From assembly GCA_037447605.1 (NCBI GenBank), contig JBBHKD010000028.1, positions 1 to 11,406 on the forward strand: a stretch of 11,406 bases of DNA, in the 5' to 3' direction. The notes beneath the pieces are model-generated. The model did no database searches, was not told the origin of the DNA, and was given only the letters and a program-made list of their open reading frames with translations. Origin of the DNA: Zygnema circumcarinatum SAG 698-1b (taxonomy: Eukaryota; Plantae; Zygnematophyceae). Numbering within the stretch: position 1 is the first letter of the stretch; each line of letters begins with the position of its first letter. Of the stretch, positions 1-8,388 are shown in pieces. A program made the translations under genes and the position numbers.

Positions 1-615
1 TCCCGGGGAGCATCACGAATTCATCAACGAGAGGTTGGGCGGGAGAGCATTATGGAAACCGCGTCATTAGATGTGATGCTGCCACTCCCGATCTTCGTCA
101 TGAACATCACCGTTGGCTGTCATAGCATACCATGAACAAGGTGCAACCACTCATAACGACTTTGGCCAATTGCATGGCCGAAATGAACCGTGTGATGGCA
201 GTGGTGGGTGAAAATTATTCTCAGTTGATGCTTGAGTGTGGCCGTACGGCGGAGATGGCCCGCTAGTCATCCCCAAAAGTAACACTTTTACGAGATGGGG
301 TCGAGGTCAGCCAAATCTGGGTGAATCACGGGAACTAACAAAGTTAGCATACGCGATTATCAGCAGTATAGCTGGCTTTGGTGTATCGGTGACGACGAAG
401 GTCATGTACGATGGGCAAGGTGGAACATAGACGTCGCACTATATCGCGAAGGTTGAGGGCGGAAGCCGTCCTCACACCAAGGTGTGGGGACCCAACCAGC
501 GAACTGGTGGATCCTTCCACCAACTTGTGCCCTTTCCTCAACTGTTTCACCAACCGCCAGTTGGCGTTGGGAAAAGTGCGAACTGCCAAGTGCTGAGGAA
601 CCAGCACATGCAGCC
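1..615 (-). pseudogene. Ty3/gypsy pol fragment (pre-protease region, degenerate aspartic protease, protease-RT linker), frameshifted; second copy
   Basis: 486-615 is identical to 5017-5146. About 1-180 is homologous to about 3030-3210 (SAMQLAK...CTLFMV...DEDREW). Minus-strand remnants at about 270-375 read PAILL(D)...NFVS and SVTFGD, typical of retropepsins. Many 1-nt indels. Confidence 0.8.
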
Positions 616-625
616 NNNNNNNNNN

Positions 626-1400
626 CTGTACTCAACGCCTGCTTGGTCCCAACGATTTTGAGCACTTCCGTCCAAAAATGGCCGGTGAATCGTGGATCGC
701 GGTCAGACACAATTTCTGACTGAAGACCATGCTGGCTCCACACTTTGTCAACATACAACCGTGCAATCTCGTCGGCCCCAGCTGTCTTAGTAGTTGGTGC
801 AAAATGCACCATCTTGCTGAGCCGATCGACAAAGACGAGGATGGAGTCATGCCCCCGAGGGGTCACAGGAAGATATGTGATCAGGTCCATACCCACACTA
901 TCCCATTTCCGAAAAGGAGGTGTGAGGGGTTGCAGCTGGCCAGGGATCCTGCCAGTGCGGGGTTTGTTTCGTTGACAAGTTGGACAAGCGAGCACATACG
1001 CTTTCACGTCCCTCGAGAGTCCAGGCCACCAGAACTCTCGGAGCAGTGCCTCACGGGTTTTGGCAACTCCCATGTGACCTCGGTACGGAGGATCATGTAA
1101 CTCACTCAGAATGAGCTGCCGTACAGTCCCGGCCTTGGGCACGACCAACTGCTGGCCGTGGTACCAAAATCCGTCCTTAGACACCACTTTGTCCTTATAG
1201 CCATTGCCTTGGCCATCCAGGAACAAAGGATCACCAGCATACCCCTCCTGAATCATCTGTCTGAGATCAGAGAGAGCAGGAGGGTCGACTGCGTCACTGG
1301 TGGAGGGATCTATGACAAAGCATACTGGAGACGGAGACTCGGGGTTGGCCGGCCCCTCACCTCTGTCATCTCGTTCACCAACACTCCCGAGTCGGCCGGC
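626..1400 (-). CDS. Ty3/gypsy integrase (HHCC zinc-binding domain plus most of the DDE core), cut off by the gap at 616-625
   Basis: H..H/C..C motif in ELHDPPYRGHMG...ACPTCQRNK. First two catalytic Asp in MDLITYLP and IVSDRDPRF. The frame is open upstream of the annotated Met (1256) to at least about 1400. The third catalytic Glu falls in or after the gap. Confidence 0.95.
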
Positions 1401-1429
1401 GCACCATCCGGGCGAATCACGAGGCTGCT

Positions 1430-2067
1430 GCTTTCGATGGGTGCGCTACATTCCAACCTTCAGGGCCCGATAAACCTTTGGCGGTCAAACCACTGGAGGA
1501 ACTGGACCCCGGCGTGCTGCCGCCTAGGCAGTCTGTTGCGGGTGAGAGAGCACGTCGTACGAGGCGGTGGTGGGTGACCGGCGTGACGCTTCGCCCCCTC
1601 CAAATAGCACCGCCATGTCACCGAGCGTGGACTCTGGCGGTTCGTTACAGTGCTTGAGAACCGGACTGCGCTCGGCGGGATTCATTTCTGCGACTTTCAT
1701 GCGCCAAAGGTTGGCCATCACGAAACAAGGCGGCTTAAGGCGAATCAGAAGCATCACAAACCACTTCACTTAAAGGCTTGGGCCGAGATTAAAGCTAAGC
1801 GAGGAGAGTGGAGTGCGTGGCACAAGTGCATAGCGCTTACCTTCAGTGCATCCCGGCATTGGGGGTCACATGTAAAGGTACGGGCGTGTCAAATTAGTCA
1901 AGGGGGTAACGGTTCTTAAACCCTTGGATGAACTTGCGAAAATAATTCGCAAAGCCCGGAAAGGAGCCTCAACTGGTGCGGGTCCGGTGGGTGGCCCAAG
2001 TTTCTACGGCGAGAACTTTGGCGGGTTAGGGTCGAAGACCACGATCGTGAGGACTATATGCAAGATA
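1430..2067 (-). pseudogene. RT C-terminal region and RNase H of pol, heavily frameshifted
   Basis: Recognisable pieces in shifting frames: GFANYFRKFIQGF, EVVCDASD, ALFRDGQPLAHESR, TWRCYLEG, VQFLQWFD. Confidence 0.85.
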
Positions 2068-2642
2068 TTAAAGCAACTCACGTTGCATGAAGTGACACTT
2101 CTTCCTCTTGGCATAAAATTGGTGTTTCCTCAGGACCTCAAACACTTTCCGAACGTGTTCAAAATGCTTTTCCTCTGTCTTACTGAAGACAAGGATGTCA
2201 TCGAGGTAAACCAAAACAAATTCATCCATGCGGATGAACATTTCGTTCATCACCGCCTGGAAAGTGGCCGGAGCATTAGTCAATCCGAAGGGCAACACCT
2301 TATACTGGAAATGACCAATCGGCGTCCGGAACGCAGTCTTTGGCACATCAGCTTCCGTTACACGGATCTGATGATACCCCTGAGCAAGGTCAAGTGATGT
2401 AAACACTTTGGCACCGTGAAGACGATCCAACAGATCATCAATACGTGGTAAAGCAAAACGGTTCTTTACGGTGATCTTGTTGAGTGCGCGATAATCAATG
2501 CACATCCTCAACGAGCCATCTTTCTTCCCAACGAACAAGATGGGCGCCCCAAATGGGCTTTGGCTGGGCTCTATCCAGCCCTTGTCCCGTAAATTAGCCA
2601 ATTGCTTACGCATCTCGTCGGTTTCCTTAGGGCTTAACCGAT
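2068..2642 (-). CDS. Ty3/gypsy reverse transcriptase core (fragment)
   Basis: SPFGAPILFVGKKDGSLRMCIDYRALN, LDLAQGYHQI, FGLTNAPATFQ and the YLDD catalytic motif. Confidence 0.97.
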
Positions 2643-2652
2643 NNNNNNNNNN

Positions 2653-2873
2653 GTTGACCTCGTCACAGTCCGCGGACCGCACTAAGGGTCTGACGCGGTT
2701 CCGCCGACATCACCGACATCCTCCGCGCCCGAAAAGCGTACGGGCCACCGACATTTGGCCCGACCGTATTTCCTAGGAACACTACTAGCAGATCTCATGT
2801 TTCCCAACTGAGGACCACAACAATGTTAGTGTGAACCCGTACAATGTCTAACTATAGCACACTAACACTAACA
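2653..2873 (-). mobile_element. LTR fragment, U3 terminus (TGTTAGTG start on minus strand), inserted into pol
   Basis: The pol frame breaks right after LRDKG at 2874. The terminus resembles 8360-8388 (TGTT(A/G)GTGT..ATAGTTAG). It shares CCTAGGAAC and CTCCGCGC-N8-CGTACG..CCGACA with 8212-8388. Confidence 0.75.
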
Positions 2874-3293
2874 CCCTTGTCACGTAAAGTTGCCAACTGC
2901 TTTCGCATCTCCTCGGTTTCTTTCGGACTTAACCGATAGATCGGCCGCCAAGGCGGCTTTTGCTCAGGCTCAAGAGGGATTGTGTGCCCCACCCCTCTCG
3001 ATGGGGGCAACCCCCTTGGAAGGTCATCAGGGAAGACATCCCTGAATTCATCCAACAGAGGTTGGAACTGGGAGGGAACAGTGGAGAGCACGTCAGTAGA
3101 TGTGATCTGCCACTCCTGATCTTCGTCATGAACATCCTCAGTGGCTGTCATAACATGCACCATGAACAAGGTGCAACCCTCCTTAACAGCTTTGGCCAAT
3201 TGCATGGCCGAGCAGAGATAAGGAGTAACAGGCTGCTTGATAGCAGAGGGTGTGGAGCTGCCAGGGTGCAGGGTAATCCGCCTGGCACCACTG
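2874..3293 (-). pseudogene. Ty3/gypsy pol fragment: protease-RT linker and RT N-terminus
   Basis: Open frame reading ...LLDEFRDVFPDDLPRGLPPSRGVGHTIPLEP..KPPWRPIYRLSPKETEEMRKQL..LRDKG, the canonical start of gypsy RT. Confidence 0.9.
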
Positions 3294-3807
3294 TGTTGGT
3301 GGAGGGACTCCTCCACTGCTGACGGCTTCTCCACTCGCATCACCTTCCATCGGAGTTCGCGTTCCAATCGATGATGACATTTCCCAAACTCTCACATTCA
3401 CTCATAGCCCATTTTACTCACAGAGTGAACCTCTCAGAATATGCACAGCGGAATAACAGAGAGAAAAGGATAGGAGAAAGCTCTCGGCTCTAAAACTCCT
3501 TAATAATAATCTTATCAACACAAAATGAGAGACCCCCTCTCAAATAGCCCAATAAACTCAAAAGCCCACTACCTCGCAGCACAAGCAAGTGTAATGTTCA
3601 GCAACACGAGCATCAGCTTCTCAGAGTCTACAATAGCTACGTTGATAATCAGAAGTTAAAGATTAACAACCAAACAAAACAACACACTATATACTATGTC
3701 ACAACATCCGTGACACTACCATACAACGAAGCTCACAACATCGGCTAGCGGCCAGCAAGGGCCCTATCCCGATCCTAATCCTGCGCCGTTGGATCCTCGT
3801 CGGCTCA
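3294..3807 (-). mobile_element. LTR fragment (TATA, R, U5 end), cut off by gap
   Basis: Begins TGTTGGTG on the plus strand (3294-3301). Shares a 29-nt block (3472-3500 vs 7831-7859) and ACACACTATATA (3682-3693 vs 8089-8100) with the 7664-8388 LTR, at a similar distance from the terminus for the 29-nt block. Confidence 0.8.
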
Positions 3808-3817
3808 NNNNNNNNNN

Positions 3818-4896
3818 GCGCATTAATTGGTCTGGAGCGCGACTGTACGGACGACGCGGAAATGTACGGACGCGGAGGTCTTTGGCGCGAAAGGCGGATC
3901 TGCACTAAGCGACATGATTGGTCGCGCCAGAGTGCAGATCGCGACGCAATCTCCTTGCGGGACATTTCGCATGATTAGGTATGTCCTTTCGAAGTACGGA
4001 TTTTGGTCGGTGCTGAGGCACAGCGCGGCGGAGTCAGGAGTGACGTGGCGCGACGCGGCAGATTCGAAAGTGACAAGGCGCGGCGTCAGAATGTCGGCGC
4101 AATGAATCAGGAGTGAGGAGGCGCTGCATCAGCAGTGTCTCATGTGGAGGACAGTGGCGAATCGGAAGGCGCCACGTGTCAGATTCGGGGTAAGGCCTGT
4201 AGGGCCTAGGTCGGTGGCGACCGTAGGCTTACGGGGTCCCACATGCAGCTGAGTTAGTGAGGAGTCAGATCGTACGGTGCAGGACGAGGATCAAGATGAG
4301 GCTGAGTTGGATCCGACGGGCTGAGGAGCTGGATCCGTGTGAGCCAAGGAGGATCCGACGGAGCACGATTGAGATCAGGATAGGGCCCTTGCAAGGCGCT
4401 GCATGGGTGGCCGTGACATGACGGCGTCACGTGACAAAGGCCGCCATGGTATATGAGGGAGCAAGCTTGGCTTCCTACTTACTCACTCACTCACTCTGAA
4501 CGTTATGCTGCTCAACCTTCGTTAGGAAGAGTAGGCAGAGGCTGAGGCCTTGAGGAGTCCGGCCTTGTGTAGGAGGTCGTGAAAGAACTGTCTCTCATCA
4601 TGGTTANNNNNNNNNNAATGAGTGGAGGCGACCATTGTATGGGCGGTGTGTCGCATCACACGTGGAGACCATTGGAGGAGCGTGGAGCTGAAGGAGCCAA
4701 GACCATGGAGGAGATGAAGAAGTGTTCTTGTAGGTGGCGCAATCCGTTGTGCGCACCTGGTGAGGGGAGGAAGAGAAGGCATACTGTGGCGGATGCGGTA
4801 TGTGGCCTAAGTAGATGTGGAAGAAGTTTTGGAGTGTTCACTCAAGCATGTTTTATCCTTCCACTAGGTCTCTCCTTCTGCCCCCTCACACCAACA
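3818..4896 (+). mobile_element. LTR of the same family in opposite orientation, split by the gap at 4607-4616, inserted at the start of the host protease
   Basis: 4340-4392 is the reverse complement of 3755-3807 (45/53). 4413-4435 matches the reverse complement of 8110-8132 (19/23). It ends in CACCAACA at 4896, exactly where the protease frame (…GHPAVI) breaks. Confidence 0.7.
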
Positions 4897-5495
4897 ATAA
4901 CTGCTGGGTGGCCATCGGCTGACCCGACGAAGGTCATGGCACGATGGGCAAGGTGGAACATAGATCGCACTATATGCGAAGGTTGAGGACGAGCCGTCCT
5001 CCACACCAAGGTGTAGGGGGACCCAACCAGCGAACTGGTGGATCCTTCCACCAACTTGTGCCCTTTCCTCAACTGTTTCACCAACCGCCAGTTGGCGTTG
5101 GGAAAAGTGCGAACTGCCAAGTGCTGAGGAACCAGCACATGCAGCCCAAGAATATGGGATGTGTCCCGCATGACATGCATGGCCTCCATGGCACAATTCA
5201 CCAAGACATCATTACCCATAACATTGAGGATAAACACATTCCATTGACCATGCATCACCACAACCATAAACTCAGAAGGAGTCACTACAGTGGCAGGGGA
5301 AAGAGAAATGGAAAAAGGAAGTACATCAAACACAAAGAGATCTTGCACTCCCAAAGGTCTGCCCACCAAGTTAAGAATGTCCAAGGTTCTAAGAAACAAA
5401 TGTCCCCTATCCTGATGGCAGTCTCCATTCCCTCCCCCTAACCTAGCATGTCCACCAGCAACGACCCCTAAGCTGCTGGTGGGTTGGGGTTTTCC
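4897..5495 (-). CDS. N-terminal part of the pol frame: about 180-aa pre-protease region plus the first protease residues (MTFVGSADGHPAVI), truncated by LTR insertion
   Basis: Stop-free frame (track ORF 4842..5594). It ends just before the expected D(S/T)G active site, whose remnant is visible in the copy at about 330-375. Confidence 0.65.
5452..5495 (-). other. Candidate -1 programmed ribosomal frameshift element
   Basis: Minus strand: GGAAAAC (5495-5489), spacer CCCAAC, then stem CCACCAGCAGC / GTTGCTGGTGG (11 bp, one G-U) with a 9-nt loop. The zero frame stops at TAG 5470-5468 and the -1 frame is the open pol frame. Confidence 0.7.
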
Positions 5496-6617
5496 GGCCC
5501 CTTGCCCTTCTTGTCCTTGGTGTTCAGGGGCAATCCGGGCCTTGTGTGCCTCGCCTATGACAGCGAAAGGAAACACTTGTTCTCCCGGTTGCATCTTCTA
5601 TCCATTTCCTCTCACGGAGTCAACTTATGACCTTCTGCCGCGATTGGCTGGGCGGGCGATTAAGCTCCGGCTGCTTCCGGCGTCTTTCTGCCATCTTGCT
5701 TGGCGGGGCTGAAATCCGCCTTCCGCGACCACTGTCCGTCGCCCGACCTCTGCTGGGGTCGGGAAGGGCCTGCATCGCCTGCAGGGGCGGTGTCCAACTG
5801 AATGGCTGCATCAAAGTACAGCTCAGAGTCAGCGGGGTCCCACGGTTTCAGAGTCCGTGGGTTAGTTCTCAGCTGCTTCCTCAGGTGTGGCTTCAAGCCA
5901 TTCCTGAAGTGGAAAAAGAACTCAGCCTGTCCAGGCTTGTGAGTGGTGATTTGAGGCACCACTTGACGCAGGTCTCGCAGAAACTGCTTGACACTGCCGG
6001 TTTGGACCATGTTCTGAAACTTATCCCGGGCCTCCAAGCCGGGATCCAAGGCCCCAAAGTGCTTGATAAGTTCATCCCTGAACTTATCCCAATCGTCCCC
6101 AATCTCATCAGAGAGGCCCTCATACACACGGTATGCGGCGCCCCTGAGTGCTGGGTAAGCAAAACTTACCCACTGAAGAGGGGGACAGTTGGTCGCGAGA
6201 AGGTAACCCTTCGTTTGACCCAACCACTGCTCAATCGAGCAGTCCGTGTTAGGATGTTCACCCCAAAAGGAAAGCGGGGCCACCTTGGCCCGATTCCCGT
6301 CAAGCATCCTAGAGTGCCAGTTGCGGAGGCGGTCAGGAGGGGGCTGGGACCCCCTCCCCGCCCCCAGCAGCTCCCCGCGGGTCCCCCAGCTGCGCTCGTG
6401 GCCACCTCCCAATCAGTGAGCCCTTTCGTGGAGAGGCCCCAGGGGGTGCGACTGTCCCAGCTGCTTCCGGCACCAAGACTGCAGCGGCGGGACGGGCGCG
6501 CTGCCGGGTGGTATGCCTAACCCCGTCCCCAGGACCTGCTGCATCTACTGCCTCTACAGCCTGAGGGGGGGTTCGGGGCATACCTTCCTCGATCCTCCGG
6601 AGCCTGTCCGAAAGGCC
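5468..6617 (-). CDS. Ty3/gypsy Gag (retrotransposon gag/capsid domain, degenerate CCHC knuckle, basic tail); start hidden in gap; several frameshifts
   Basis: Capsid-like W..F...L...F and EARDKFQNMVQTGSVKQF...F..GLKPHLR in 5660..6412. The frameshifted C-F-x-C-H-R-R-G-H-K-A-R-D-C-P knuckle lies at about 5528-5576. The tail reads KDKKGKGPENPNPPAA*. The N-terminal part continues in another frame to 6617. Confidence 0.9.
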
Positions 6618-6863
6618 NNNNNNNNNNNNNNNNNNNNNNNNNNNNNNNNNNNNNNNNNNNNNNNNNNNNNNNNNNNNNNNNNNNNNNNNNNNNNNNNNNN
6701 NNNNNNNNNNNNNNNNNNNNNNNNNNNNNNNNNNNNNNNNNNNNNNNNNNNNNNNNNNNNNNNNNNNNNNNNNNNNNNNNNNNNNNNNNNNNNNNNNNNN
6801 NNNNNNNNNNNNNNNNNNNNNNNNNNNNNNNNNNNNNNNNNNNNNNNNNNNNNNNNNNNNNNN
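6618..6863. other. Assembly gap (246 N); 10-N gaps also at 616-625, 2643-2652, 3808-3817, 4607-4616 and 8202-8211
   Basis: Runs of N in the sequence. Confidence 1.
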
Positions 6864-7222
6864 GTCAGCTCGTCCGTACCAACGGGTACCCGTAATTGTA
6901 CGGACGAACGGCGAATTCCAAAAGGGGGATCCGGGCCGCGGCCCGAGATCCAATCGCGGGACCGGATTGGTCCCGTGGTGCCGGTAATCCCCAATCCTCC
7001 CTTAAGCCGAGGAGGGGACCTTGGCTGCTGGTGTGGGGCGCACCGTGACTATGTGGTGCCCCCACGTGTGAACCAGTTCTTACGGTTCGAATCTAGGACC
7101 TCCGTGGTCCTATAGGGTATCCGATGCCCTAACCGTTAGGTACTGCATTGGATGGAAACATAAAGCCACGCCGGGCTCTAAGTAACCCTTCCCCCTTGGG
7201 GTGACTGTAGCGTTTCGCTACA
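6864..7222. repeat. Chain of short inverted repeats/hairpins; possibly the 5' LTR or leader of the gag-bearing element
   Basis: At least seven stems, e.g. TCGTCCGTAC/GTACGGACGA, CGGGCCGCGGCCCG, TAGGACC/GGTCCTA and TGTAGCG/CGCTACA. It lies upstream of gag on the minus strand and starts TGTAGCG at 7222. The LTR assignment is inference. Confidence 0.5.
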
Positions 7223-7235
7223 CCGATGGTTCGAT

Positions 7236-7333
7236 GACGACAGTATGTACGACAGTATATGCGTCACGATATGTCACGATACGATATGATGCTAAATAAT
7301 ACAGTACGATACGATGTGGTACGGTACGATACG
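7236..7333. repeat. Degenerate pentanucleotide (ACGAT/ACAGT/ACGGT)n microsatellite
   Basis: acgat acgat atgat ... acagt acgat acgat gtggt acggt acgat; ACGACAGTAT occurs twice. Confidence 0.7.
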
Positions 7334-7663
7334 TAGGGTTCAACATGAACTCTAACATAATACCGCCCGTCTATTCGTAACACGAACCTTATATATGCAA
7401 ATTTAATATTTTCGCCTCATTTTGCCCGGAACCAGGGTGGAAAATATGAGCACTCCCTACTGTACAGTACAGTGGTACGGCCCAAACAAGTACGGCCACG
7501 ACGCTTTCCGCCAAAACAATGACATCATTCATGGAGTCAGACCTTGTCATCAGAAAGAGATGTTTGATTGAACTCACGATGGCAAGGGAGGAAAGAAGGA
7601 AAGATGGTATATCATGGCAAGGCACATTTGATGGCAAGGCCATCAAATGTACATGGATAAAAT

Positions 7664-8388
7664 TGTTGGTGCAGAGGTGTTCCTCACAGACTCCTCTACA
7701 CTCTTTCTTTCGCCTGAACTGTCTCCCTCATCCTCAATGGTCGCAGACATTTTCTCTCAACTCTCTTTGCCAAGATAATACAACAACAAATCCTTAAAGC
7801 AAAACAAAATGCGGAACAAGAGAAAAGGTAAGGAGAAAGCTCAAGGCCCTAAAACTCCTTAATATAAACAGAGAAGATTACAACTCAGGCTCCCATAAGC
7901 CTGACTGCCCACTTCCTCTATTCCCTCTACCAAGCTCACTCTCGGCTGCTATTTCCCACACTACCTCCTTCAAGGCAACCTCTTCAACGCATGAAGATTT
8001 CGGAAGCAGCTCCCTCCTCGGCAGTCACTCAGCAACACCAGCAGTGCCTTGCCGTCCAAAGAGAAGGGTTCCAATATCCTTCTATCCTACACACTATATA
8101 ATACAGGATGTGACGTGACAACGTCACGTCACGGCCGCACTCGCGGGGCCTTGCAACAAGCACTCACAAATCATGAGTCACAGTGACACTACTCCACCTC
8201 CNNNNNNNNNNGATCCTGATTTCGGAGCCGGACCACTGTGGTCCTGTCCGTACACCGCGCCGCTCCGCGCGCCTGAGTCGTACGCCGACCGACAAACAGC
8301 CCCCTCCTACTAAACGACATAAAGGCCATCCCCTAGGAACTCTAGCGCTAACACGAACGTGGAACATGCTAACTATGTTACACCAACA
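7664..8388 (-). mobile_element. LTR insertion with 5-bp TSD (solo LTR, or a longer element collapsed in the 8202-8211 gap)
   Basis: Termini TGTTGGTG (7664-7671) and CACCAACA (8381-8388) form an 8-bp inverted repeat. The flanks are AAAAT at 7659-7663 and 8389-8393. Confidence 0.9.
8089..8132 (-). promoter_or_regulatory. LTR core promoter: palindromic TGACG/ACGT element plus TATA-like box
   Basis: GTGACGTGAC-AAC-GTCACGTCAC (8110-8132) lies about 10 bp upstream, in minus sense, of TATATAGTGTGT (8100-8089). A related arrangement is seen at 4413-4456. Confidence 0.6.

Noticed and set aside
402-625. C-terminal tail of track ORF 402..1256
   Set aside because: It is read through an N gap into a different contig, so it is not part of the integrase.
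1158-2397. Plus-strand ORFs 1158..1577, 1650..1919 and 1924..2397
   Set aside because: These are antisense shadows of integrase, RNase H and RT, with no independent motifs.
2960-3322. Plus-strand 120-aa ORF
   Set aside because: It is a shadow of the pol linker.
4300-4365. Repeated GGATCCG(A/T) units that superficially resemble a spacer-repeat array
   Set aside because: These are short irregular sub-repeats inside an LTR U3 in a eukaryotic context, not a CRISPR array.
5627-6520. Plus-strand 297-aa ORF
   Set aside because: It lies antisense to gag in GC-rich sequence and has no recognisable domain. An antisense gene cannot be fully excluded but is unsupported.
7085-7094. GGTTCGAATC, a tRNA T-loop / Pol III B-box motif
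   Set aside because: The flanks do not form a T-stem, and I found no cloverleaf or convincing A-box, so no tRNA or SINE is called.
6333-7115. Three long ORFs spanning 6618-6863
   Set aside because: They are artefacts of translating through 246 N.
7500-7552. CTGATGA…GAAA on the minus strand, resembling a hammerhead core
   Set aside because: No stem II closes between the motifs and I found no compatible stems I/III.
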